Assembly: GCF_036971445.1 (NCBI RefSeq)
Contig: NC_091474.1
Span: forward strand, 123,876,001-123,940,000
DNA from: Narcine bancroftii
Lineage: Eukaryota
DNA length: 64,000 nt
Reading direction: 5' to 3'
Shown here: piece after piece, positions 12,631 through 23,374 of the stretch
How the letters are laid out: the number at the start of each line of letters is the position of its first letter
Position numbering within the stretch: the stretch's first letter is position 1
The notes under the pieces: model-generated
Told to the model about the DNA's origin: nothing
The model's database searches: none
What the model saw: only the letters and a program-made list of their open reading frames with translations
Made by a program: the position numbers and the translations under genes

Positions 12631-14520
12631 AAAAGATACACTCAAAAATTTTGTGATGAGTGGTTACAAAATGAAAGATATAAAAACTGGGTACAGAAAC
12701 TAGAAATGTAGATGTAAGTACTGCGGTGCCGTGTTATCAGCAAAATTGAGTGATCTATAAAAACACAGACACGCATATCAAGGCAGACGCTCCATTTAGT
12801 AGCCAGAGACAGTTAAGTGTTCTTCCATTTACAAAGACTGTAGACATACATAAGACAGAAGGTAATATTGCACACTTTGTAGCAGAAAAATCTGCCCTTA
12901 GGCTAGCTGAGAGGTTTGTAAAGCAAATTTTTCTGACAGCAAAGACTGTAATAATCTTGCCCTTGGAAAAACAAAATGCTCTGCATAAATTCAAATATAT
13001 TGGCACTACATATTAGAGAAGATCTACGAAATGATATAGGTGATGCAAACTATAGCTTGATCTTCGACAAAATCAATGATATATCTGTTTCCAAGCTATT
13101 AGTTTTAATAATTAGATATTATTCTCGCACCAATCATAAGATAACTGTAACCTTTTTGGAATTGGTTGAGCTTAAAGGATGTATCGCTGATGCTGTTTGC
13201 AAGGCAATTAAAAGATTTTTGAATGAAAATGGTTTGGATTTACAAAGATTTATTTCCATTCGTACTGATAATGCATTGGTAATGATAGGCATCAACAATG
13301 GAGTGTATGTGAAACTTAAAGCTGAAGTGCATACTTTGATTTTAATCAGATGTGTTTTTTCGATCGCTGCAGTTAGCTGTATTGCATGCTGTGAGTGACG
13401 GTCTTCCAAGAAACATAGATTTTCTTCTTAAAGAAACCTATAATTGATTTTCTCACTCATCAATTAGACTTGCAAAATACAAGGATCTTTATGCTGCAAT
13501 GAATAGTGGACTTTCCCCATTAAAATTAATACAGTGTAGTGAGACTTGATGGATGTCTATTGAGTCAGCTATTGATAGAATTTTGAAATAATGGCATGAG
13601 CTCAAAGAGTATTTTACTATAGCCCGCACGAATGAAAGGTACTACACAGCAGAGGTTTTGCACTCGATGTTTTGTGACAACACAAATTTCTTAATTCTTG
13701 TATTTCTCAAACCTCTTATCAGAGAAGTACATAACACGAATAAGAAATTCAAATAAGAAACTAATGACCCCACTAAATTGCTAAACGATCTTGTTCATCT
13801 ATTTTAATCCCTTTGCTCCAAAATTATTATCCCAGAAACAAGAATTACAGATGAGATAGTGATTGAAAACAATTTAATGTAAAATCCATATTTAGGTCAC
13901 ATGTTTAAAACTGAAATGCTGAAAAGTAAGCCTCCAGATCCAGAGCAAAAGAATATTTGAAGTAGATCCATTGCATTTTTTGGGGACCTTATAAGACAAC
14001 TCCAACAAAAGTTGTCAGACAATATGACTGTTTTGCAAGCTATGTCCTCATTTAGCATCCAAGAATGTCTCAATCCAATAAAAAGAGACATAATTTGCCT
14101 TCACAGATGGCAAACTGTTGACTCGCATAGAATTTCAGTGGAGTAAACTGTAGACGTTTCAATGGAAAGAAACATTAAGTACCTTATTGTTTTGGTCAGA
14201 ATTAATTTAGCCTTAAAGATTCTTTCATTGCCTCACACTAATGCTGATGGAGAATAATTGATTAGCCAGATGAATCTTGTGAAAACAAAATTACGAAACC
14301 GAATGCACATCAATAACTTAAATGCTATATTAGCAATTAGATAGGGACTATGTAAGCTTGGAAAAAGTAGCCAAAATTACGACTTTCCAAGAAGTGTCAT
14401 TTCCAAGATCAGCACGATGAAAGCTTACGAAACCCGTGTGCAAGGTTCATCAAGTGTATCTGTTGCATATATTATTGAGGATTTGCAGGAAATACATGAT
14501 ATCTTCCTCGAACTTCACTA
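12631..14520 (+). pseudogene. hAT transposase pseudogene (start codon stranded at 6610)
   Basis: YTQKFCDEWL..CKYC N-terminus; YSLIFDKINDIS...RTDNALVMIGINNGV catalytic region; LSLPHTNA...QMNLVKTKLRNRM dimerisation-type motif; many stops and frameshifts. Confidence 0.85.
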
Positions 14521-14682
14521 AATCTCCAAAACTGGAATTTAATGGATAGTTTTTTTTAATTTTAAATCAACGCCTTTTATTTACGATTTTTGTGTGTTTC
14601 TTTTATTTTCATTTAGTGAGTTTTTTTAGCAACTTTTCTTGCTGCCTTTAGTGGCATATATAATTTTGATTTGGTAACCCTG

Positions 14683-16720
14683 CTGGTGAGAATCATTGTT
14701 TCTCTCCTTGGAACAGAGAAGGTTGCAGGAAGATCTGATCAAGCTATTTACACCTAGGAAGGGAAAGTACAAGGTTGCAAACCAACAAGGCCGATTGAGG
14801 GAATGAGTCTGTGGGCTGAATCAGAATTTATCATCATGAAAAGTCACAAACATCATTGTTTTGCAGCAGTATCGCAATGTTCCACACACTGACGTCAGTT
14901 CCCAGATCTTTAAAAAAAAAGAACTACCTTCTCTTTAAATGCTTCCGGTAATGTATCCTCTGAAAAGCTTTTTGTGAAATAGTCAAAGGTTTCAGCAGGA
15001 GAATAGCATTAATTCCTACTTGAAACATCTGCAAGTGTTTGCTGATCTGCAGCAGTTCCTTGTTGTGATCCATAGTTAGTGGTTAAGCTGCAGCTCCAGG
15101 TCCACTTGGGGAAGAGGAGAATTGGCTCAATTTGAATGATTTCTTCTCCTTAGCCTAGCTAAAGGGAAGTCCCTGGAGCATAAATCATTTATTATTTATT
15201 ACAGGCTCTTGCATTTTTATTTGATCACCAAAATCAAATCAAGTCATTTTAATGGCAATGCATTGCATCCCTGCATCAACTATAGGAAATGATATTTATC
15301 AGGGTGATAATAAAATTTCAAAAAACTTCATGAAATGTGCTTTACTTACCATGGCAAAATGCATGGAATAACCTCGAACTAACATCAAGTTACAGCTTTT
15401 TAAGCCATTTTGCTCTATTTATTTTCAAGGTAAATAATTACCAACCCATGCAATGCTTAGTCATCTTAATATTATATTTTCAGAATTAAACATGGAAAAG
15501 GAAAGAGTGATAGGTTTTTATTTTAATTGCTTTTCTGTAAATCAGAGTTGCTATCTTGGTATTATAAAATTAGATGTGTTTGCTTTAAAATGTAATATTT
15601 CACAAATTAATACAAAGACATTTAATATGATTGATATTTTGGATATTGGACTTGATTCGTCATGTACAATTATTTTGCGTTTCAATCATAGCTTAATAGT
15701 ATTTAAATTAACCTGAAATTCCTCTTTCGGCAGACGTAAAAATACTTTAGAATTATCTGATTCCACCTGCATTGAATTCGCCCATCGTTATTGAATGAAG
15801 ATCTACCGGGACCAATGCCTGAAGAGGGCGCACAAAATCAGTGAACCGGTGCGGACTCGAAAGGCCAACATGGCCTGTTTCCGCTCCGTAAATGGTTATA
15901 TGGTAAACATTTTATATAAATAAAAATTGTGCTCAAAAAGTCAATTCAAGAATCTGATGGCAGCAGGAAGAAGCTGTCCTTGTGCTGCTGAGTAATCATC
16001 TTCAGGCTCCTTTCCTGGTAGTAGCAGAGTGAAGAGGAATGGCCTGGGTGGTGGGGCTCCTTGAGGATAGAGGCTGCTTTCTTAAGACACTGCCTCACTC
16101 TGTGGCACACATTCTGGGGAATTTTATTCCTACACAGCTGGTGGGAATCATGGACAAGACCACCATTATTCCCCAATCGCCAGATGCCCTGATGTCACTG
16201 TCTCACTTGTTCCGGAGGCCAATGAAGTCAGCCACACTGCTGTGGGCTGGGAGTGATACAGAACCCAGGCTGGGGACCAATCAAAGGCAGATTTCTTCCC
16301 CTGGATGGCATCAGTTACCCTGATAGGCTTTGACCACAGATCAATGCTCACCAAATTGAAACTGATTGATTATGCCATCATAGTGTGCCAGATACTCCTG
16401 TAGTTTTCCAACTCTGTTAACTATCTGGATGAGAATGTTGTTTCACCTTGTATTCATATGCGCTGTGGTGTCCATGTTCACCACAAGGATCCTGATTGTC
16501 AAACTTGATGACAATCATACAGTTTAAAGCTGTCATGACCTGGAGAGTTTGAAGATCTGAGGCAGGCGGGGAATGTTATCTCTGACCAAATATGGACATT
16601 TGTGACGGGTTCAGACTTCCGCCATCACACAGCTCAGAAGTTGCAGTATGATTTGCTGTCCTTTATTTTCAAATCGTCTCCCAATTCCAGGGGAACTAAT
16701 AATTTTGCTGAATATTTTGA
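14683..16720 (+). repeat. Histone-unit spacer, copy A (contains old LINE fragments)
   Basis: Colinear with 40210-42560, 53355-54110 and, inverted, with 57760-58020 and 59870-60337. Confidence 0.85.
14881..15904 (+). mobile_element. Retroposon-like insertion with a LINE-type 3' tail
   Basis: Splits the spacer motif that reads CAGTGT|AAACATTTTATAT in the other copies; ends GGCCTGTTTCCGCTCCGTAAATGGTTATATGGT. Confidence 0.65.
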
Positions 16721-16721
16721 A

Positions 16722-16970
16722 TTAATTTAAACGTACAGCACGGTGACAGACCGTATCGGCCGACGAGTCCGTTCCCCCCATTTTACACCCAATTACCCTG
16801 CAGCCCGGTTCGTTTAGAAGGAGGGAGGAGACGGGAGTCCCCGGGAAAACCCACGCAGACACGGGGAGAACGTTCCAACACCTGACAGACAGCGCGGGAT
16901 TCGAACCCCCGTCCCGATCGCTGGCGCCGTCAAGACGTCGCGCTCAACGCTTCGCCAACCGTGCGGCCCA
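16722..16970 (-). mobile_element. tRNA-derived V-SINE-like element downstream of H4
   Basis: A-box-like TGGCGAAGCGTTG, B-box GGTTCGAATCC, V-domain-like GTTCTCCCCGTGTCTGCGTGGGTTTT, LINE-like tail. Confidence 0.85.
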
Positions 16971-17295
16971 TTTGTTCTTATAAATACCATTGGAAATGTC
17001 GATTAATTATATCCCCAGCCCTGTGTGTGAAAAAACGGAGCCGATTTGAGGGGCTTCAGCTCAGCCGGAGACGAGACAAGCGAGTGTTCCCCGGACCAGA
17101 GTTTTGGGGGGGTGGGGGGGTAACCGGTGCCGACGGATTCGCGCATCATCTTAGTAATTTCCAAAGAGAAAGTCTATCGGCCGAAGGTCACGTTTGTAAA
17201 ATAGACGAGCCCTGACAAGCAGCAATGAAGGGAAATCTATGGGCAAGGGCAGAGAACGAGGACAGGAAATGAATTTCATGCCAACGTGGCGAGGG

Positions 17296-17337
17296 GCTGC
17301 TCTCTCCGTGAGGGGGTGGGTGGCTCTGAGAAGAGCC
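17296..17337 (-). terminator. Histone stem-loop plus HDE of H4
   Basis: Minus strand GGCTCTTCTCAGAGCC (17322-17337), then ACCCA, then GGAGAGAGC. Confidence 0.95.
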
Positions 17338-17368
17338 TTTGTGTTGATGCAGGGACAATGCAGGCAGT

Positions 17369-17689
<321 letters not shown>

Positions 17690-17733
17690 TCACTCCGCTC
17701 TCTGCTCAATAACACAGTCGCTGCTACTGTCTG

Positions 17734-17875
17734 CTTTTCTATGCAGCGCCCCGACCTGCCCGAGATACGCGCAGCCAAGAGGAGGGGAGGAGTCCGAGTC
17801 CGAGTGACGGCGGAGCACAGAGAGCGGCCTCTCATCTCCCAGCTCCGCCCCGTTTCCCGGCCGCAACCGCCAATT
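17734..17875 (-). promoter_or_regulatory. H4 promoter (CpG-rich)
   Basis: Minus strand GC box GGGGCGGAG, CAGGTCGG (resembles the H4 GGTCC element), TATA-like CATAGAAAAG; CCAAT near 17870. Confidence 0.7.
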
Positions 17876-17939
17876 AACTACCGTTTATCAGCACTCAAAC
17901 CGAAACTGTGTCCAGTTATAATGGACACGATGTTTAGTG

Positions 17940-18530
17940 AGGCACAGAGTTTAAAAAATGTTACTGCACTGATCGAACGAATATTTGTAAAACCCTCATT
18001 TACAACAGTCACTGCACTTTGAGGACACTTGACTTTTCATCAGTCTCTGTACGAAAAAAACCTTTCCACAGTCTCGGAAACAGGCCTTTCCTCCAGTCAC
18101 AGCATCGCACTGTCATCTAAACACCACTCAGTTTGGCGTCAGGGTGCAGAACTATTCAACAGTCACTGCACTCTGAGTGCATAAATCTTTCTTCTGGTCT
18201 CTGGAAGGACACAAACCCTTATGACAGTCTGTGTCCTGTAAGGGAACAACTGTCACTGCACTGAGTAAATCAGTTACTGGATTGACAGTAACTGGTCTCT
18301 TGTCCACTCCTCCCTCCTCACCAACCATCCCCTTGGGATCTACCCCTGTGACCACAGGAGATGCTCCACGTGTACCCACATCTCTTCTCTCACCACCATT
18401 TGGGTCCCTAAATAGTCCTTCCAAATGAAGAGCCTTTCACTAGTGAATCAGAACAGGTCGACTAATGCATCCAGGGCTCCCGTTAATGTCTTCTCTACAT
18501 CACAGTGTTATAACAGTCACTGAACTGGGA
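17940..18530 (-). repeat. 3' region of an LTR-element relic with repeated ACAGTCACTGCACT motifs
   Basis: 18220-18390 is an inverted match to 55660-55850, which follows an integrase relic; the motif recurs about 5 times. Confidence 0.55.
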
Positions 18531-18599
18531 AGTGTCAGGTTATCCACTCTGAGAGGAAAAGTAGAAAAGATTTGTTTTTAAATGGCAAAAGAGTTGGTG

Positions 18600-19590
18600 T
18601 AAGGGCAATGGATCAGATTTGTGAATCATTAGGATCTCTTCTGTGGAAGGTATGAAGTGTACAAAAAATTGGAGAGGGACCAGGCTCCAGGCAAGCAGTT
18701 TTGCTAGAGCTGTAGGGAGGGTTCAAACATATTTAACATGGGATGGGAACCAGAATCTGAAGGCAGAAGCAGGAAAGGATGGTTCAATGTGTTGTGGGTT
18801 TGTGAGAAAAGACAGGCAAGGGAGACAAAATAAATGGAGTCAGTGGAGGGTTTGAAATGTGTCAATTTCAATGCAAGGAGAATTGGGAATAAAGGAGATA
18901 AATCTAGAGCATGGATCAGCAAATGGAATAACGATTTTGTGGCCATAGAGATTTGGCTGGTTGAAGGACAGGATTGGCTGATCCAGGTAATGGGGTTTAG
19001 GTGTTTAAAAAGGAATTGGATAGGAAGTCAGTACGAGGATTGGAGGAGTAGCATTTCTGGTCAGGGATAGCATCACAGCTGAAGAAAGGGAGGATGCTGC
19101 AGAGGGAATGTCCATTTAATTGTTGTAGATGGAAGTCACTGTAGGGAGCAATCACTGTACTGGGAGTGATCTATAGGCTCCAGTTAGTGCTTAGGTCACT
19201 GAGGAACAGATAATGAGGCAAATTATGGAATGGTGCAGAAAATACAGAGTTGTTGTAATGGGAGATACGAACTTCCTTCATGTTGATGGCACCGCCGAAG
19301 TGCAGGAGTAACAGATGGGGCAGAATCAATATGTAAAATAGCCGACAAGAGAGGGGCAATTCTGTATCTTGTACTGGGTAATGACCCTGATCAGGCAGCA
19401 GATCTCTCTGTAGGGGAGCATTTCGGTGACAGTGAGAACAACTCCCTGAGCTTTAGCATAGCTATGGTTGAGGATTAAAACAGGCAAAACTCCAGTGATG
19501 TGGGGAATAGGTGAATTATTGTGGGGAAATATCAGCAGAAATGGCCAACAGTTTGGTAAAAGTGGGAACATGGGTCATCTCTTGGGCCAA
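18600..19590 (+). mobile_element. CR1-type LINE fragment (endonuclease region)
   Basis: LKCVNFNARRIGNK...FVAIEIWLVEGQDW; degraded. Confidence 0.8.
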
Positions 19591-20114
19591 GGAATTCCAT
19601 GTGGCAAGCTTCAAGCTAAAGTCCCTGGAATCCAAAGCCACTGCAGCCAGAGGTGGAGACTCTTCAGCCCACCATGTCTCTTCTATCGATTACCCAGATC
19701 CACACCAATCCCACCTGCCTGCATTAATTGCATGTCCCCCAATGTCCTTCTCATTCCAGTATTTGTTCAGCTGCCTCTGAAATGTTGTCACTGCTCCTGC
19801 CTCCAGCACCTCTCAGATCTTCTTTAAACCTCCACCTTCTCACCTTCAACCCATTCCCTCCAGTTTTACATGCCACTTCCATGGAAAACTGCCCTGTCCA
19901 TTAGCCTGATCTCTGCCTCTCCCAATGTGATGCCCCATACCACCCCACATCTTCCTTCAGTCCAGGAATAAGAAAGGCCAACCATTTTTTCCCCGAGACC
20001 TTTGGCAAGTCAGATCACCTGGCTGTTCTCCTTCTGCCACCATACAGCCATAAAAAAGGCTTCAGAGAACAGACACCTAAAATGAGGATATGAATGATTA
20101 AACAAGGGCTGTTA

Positions 20115-21350
20115 CAGACTCTATCAAATCAGCTGTTCATGAGTGTGTCCACATCAAATTGTTCAGATGAACAGTGAAATCCAGAAACTGCTGAACGCCA
20201 GATCACGTGCATTTCAGACTGGATATCCAGAACACTACACAAGGTTTGTCCTCCAAAAAGCCATCTCCTGGGTGAATGGAGATTCCAGACAAAATGGAAA
20301 CAATGAAGGACACTCAACAGCTGTGGCAGATTCTTAAAGATATCACCTGCTATAAAACCAAATCTGCTGCAGTAGGAGACAGCGAAGCTTCACTCCCAGA
20401 TGTACTCAATGCCTTCTCCACCCATTTTGACCACCAGACCGAGGAAACCCACTCCCCATGTCTTCTGATGATCCTCTGAAGAGTAAATCCAAGGAAAGCA
20501 TCCAGTGCAGATGGACTACAGGCCGAGTACTAAAAACTTGTGCTAACCAACACGCCAATGTATTCACTGATATCTTCAACATCTCACTCTGGCAGGGTGT
20601 GATATCTACCAGTTTCAGACAGGTCTATATTGTACCTTTGCCCAAGAAGAGGGTGATAACCTGCCTAAATGACGACTGACCAGAGGCACTCACCTGCACA
20701 GTGATGACATTTTAGAAAGGCTGGAGTTGAAACATATCAGCTCCTGTTTGAGTGGCGATGTGCATCTGTTCTAATTTTCCCACCTCAGCAACAGGTCTGT
20801 GCCAGTTCTCATCTCACTGGCTCTACACGATGCTCAAAAATACCTGGAGAGTAAAGATGCAAACATCAGGAGGCTCTTTATTCAAAATCAACATCCGCTC
20901 AAAACTGATCAGCAAATTCCAAACCCTGCAATTAGATCCTACATTTCCTCATCTCAAGACCACGATCGATGAGAATTGGTGAGAGCATCTCCTCTATAAT
21001 TTCAGTAATGTTTGAGGGATCAGAGGTGCAAAGGGTGAGCAAATTTAAATTCCTGGGTGTCATTATTTCGGAGGATCTTTCCTAGAACCAACACATGAAG
21101 TCATACAGTTGCTACTCCTCCACCATCCGACTCTGGAACAACAAACTCAACCAGAAACTCATTTAAGGACTCTTACTTATTTATTATTGAATATTTATTT
21201 TCTGTATTGCACAGTTTGTTTCCACTGTCTTCTTGTTTACATTTCTCTCTTTTGTACACATATGTATTCTTGAACAGTGTTTTTGCATTACTAATAAGTT
21301 GAAAGTCTTCCTGGCCCACAGGAAAAAGATTCTCAGAGTTAAATGTGATG
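20115..21350 (+). mobile_element. Rex-Babar-like LINE fragment
   Basis: QLWQILKDITCYK; GRVLKTCANQHANVFTDIFNISL...IVPLPKK...CLND. Confidence 0.8.
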
Positions 21351-21508
21351 TCAATAATATACCCTATTATGAGCTTCAGTTTGAGTAAAACTCCAGTCTT
21401 CCATTAGTTCAATATTAATTCTGGGCATCAAATTTGAAAGGCCAACACTTCAATCCTGTTATTTGAAAGACTGAACTCTGAAGTAACTTTCTATATTTTG
21501 GCCTGGAC

Positions 21509-21698
21509 TGTAATGGTTTGGCTATATCACACACATAAACACCCTACACTAATACACCTGCGTATACTGGGGTAGATTTAGTTTTAAAGATAGCCTAAGA
21601 GTTAACACTATTGTTTAAGAGTAAGAAATAAAATTAATGTTTTAAAATTAAACATTGGTTCATTGCCTGTTGCTGCTCATTATACGTGGTTCATAACA
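21509..21698 (+). mobile_element. Short solo-LTR-like element
   Basis: TGTAAT...ATAACA termini with an internal AATAAA. Confidence 0.5.
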
Positions 21699-21729
21699 AC
21701 TCTGACAATAAATCTGAACTTTGAACCAG

Positions 21730-22360
21730 GAAATAACTAATCCGATCTCTTCTAATAACTCAGGATCTCCATTGCAATCAGCATTTTCTGAATCTTTTCT
21801 GGACACTGCCCAGTTTCATCATATCTTTTCTGCAGTGCAAGAACCAAGTGTGGACTAGATGAAGGCAAACATGCCTGTTTCGCCATTTTCAGGGAACTGT
21901 GTATTTGTACCCCAGGGTCTCTCTGTTCTACAACACACCTGCCCTGGTTTAACTTCCAAAAATGCTTCACATTGAGCTTGAATGCGTTAAATTCCATCTG
22001 CCATCTCCTATTATCCTGACTGGTCCCATTGACCTGCTGCACTCCATATCAATCCAATTGTTCTATATTTGAAAATTGAGCCTGCATTCACTACTTCAGC
22101 TGGCAGCTCGTTCCACACTCTCACCATTTCTCATTGAACAAAGTCATCCGAATGCTTCCCTTGAACTTCTCACCTTTCATCCTTAACCCATGTCCTCTCG
22201 TTCTTGTCTCACCTGACCTCAGTGGAAAAAGCATTTGCATTTACTCTGTGGAAAACCCCTCATAATTTTATATATCTGTCAAATAGCTCTTCATTCTTCG
22301 ACACGCCAGGGAATAAAGTGCTCATCTGTTTAACCTTTTTTTGTAATTCAGTTCCTCAAG
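21730..22360 (-). mobile_element. CR1 LINE 3' fragment
   Basis: RWQMEFNA...EQRDPGVQIHSSLK. Confidence 0.8.
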
Positions 22361-23086
22361 TGTAATGGAAGATTTAAACTGTGTTTTTTACTTTTGCAGC
22401 CTTTGCTTCTGCAAGGCTGAGAACCTGCTTGTTTATTAGAATCAGCAGACATAATACCCGTGAGGCCCAGGATGCGTATGAATTAGTAGACACATCAAAA
22501 TTGCACCATGGGGCCCAGGATGCAAATCAGTAGACATTATCTAATTTACATATGAGGCCCAGGGATGCATATGAATCAGTATACGTTATCTAATTTCCAC
22601 CATGAGGCCCAAATATCTTTTGTTGGTCACAGACTGTCAGGAGACCTTGAAGATAATTAAATCATTTGTTCAAAGAGATAAGAACTGAAGTAAACAACTT
22701 AGCCAAGGTCCCACTGCTGAAGTTTGAGACTCTCCAATAGGTGGCAACATTTCTCAGCAAGAAGAACTTCAAGAGTCCAGCTAATGTCCCGGTCGAGGGA
22801 GGTGGAGAAGCTGCTACCGGCACCCTGACAACCTACTACAAGTGCGCAGTCCTTGCCTTGCTTCAGCAGTTGGGACCAGTCCAGGCATTGATAAGTATAA
22901 TTGGGTAGGGCTTGAATATTGTAGTGTGAATTCAGCTTTAGATTTAGTAAGACTTGCATAAACTGAACTGCTCTCAGTGTGTATGTGTTTATTTTCTTTC
23001 GGTAGCTCGAACACTGTGACCAATCTAAAACGAACAAAGTGAGAGGTACAAGTTTACCCAGGACAATTGGCGTAGTCGGCAGGATT
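22361..23086 (+). mobile_element. 5' LTR with tRNA-Ser primer-binding site; internal region truncated near 23180
   Basis: LTR TGTAATGG...GGACA (22361-23065) is homologous to 40356-41048; PBS TGGCGTAGTCGGCAGGATT (23068-23086) is complementary to the vertebrate tRNA-Ser 3' end. Confidence 0.85.
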
Positions 23087-23221
23087 GGTCTCAAGATGTT
23101 TCGCCAAAAGAAAGAGGTGAGCCCTGAGCAGTTCTTGATTCCGGGATGGCTCAAGTCATGCCAATATCCTGATAAACCTTTGCACTCTTTCAATCTTATT
23201 AAAATCTTTCCTGGTGTTAGG

Positions 23222-23372
23222 TGACATACAGCATGGTAACAGGCCATTTTTGCCCACAAACCCATGCAACCCAATTATACCCAATTGACCTACAACCCCC
23301 AGTACATTTGGAATGATGGGAGGAAACTGGAGCTCCCAGGGAAACCCATGCAGACACAGGGAGAATGTATGT
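23222..23372 (-). mobile_element. Truncated, CpG-depleted V-SINE relic
   Basis: Similar to 16730-16870 (GAAACCCATGCAGACACAGGGAGAA). Confidence 0.7.
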
Positions 23373-23374
23373 AG

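Larger units (their letters stand above)
6237..14682 (+). mobile_element. hAT-superfamily DNA transposon carrying nested LTR elements
   Basis: TIRs TAGGGTTGCCAA (6237-6248) and TTGGTAACCCTG (14671-14682); transposase relic inside. Confidence 0.85.

Noticed and set aside
16890-16970. Possible tRNA gene (GGTTCGAATCC)
   Set aside because: No convincing cloverleaf; it runs into a V-domain and LINE-like tail, so it is a SINE head
17950-18530. CACTG/CAGTG motifs as possible RAG recombination signals
   Set aside because: No CACAGTG heptamer with a correctly spaced ACAAAAACC nonamer and no V/J segments
22459-22612. CRISPR-like repeat-spacer appearance
   Set aside because: The units are degenerate tandem copies inside a eukaryotic LTR; no unique spacers and no cas genes
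22699-23274. 191-aa minus-strand ORF
   Set aside because: Spans a SINE relic, leader and LTR in antisense; no protein motif
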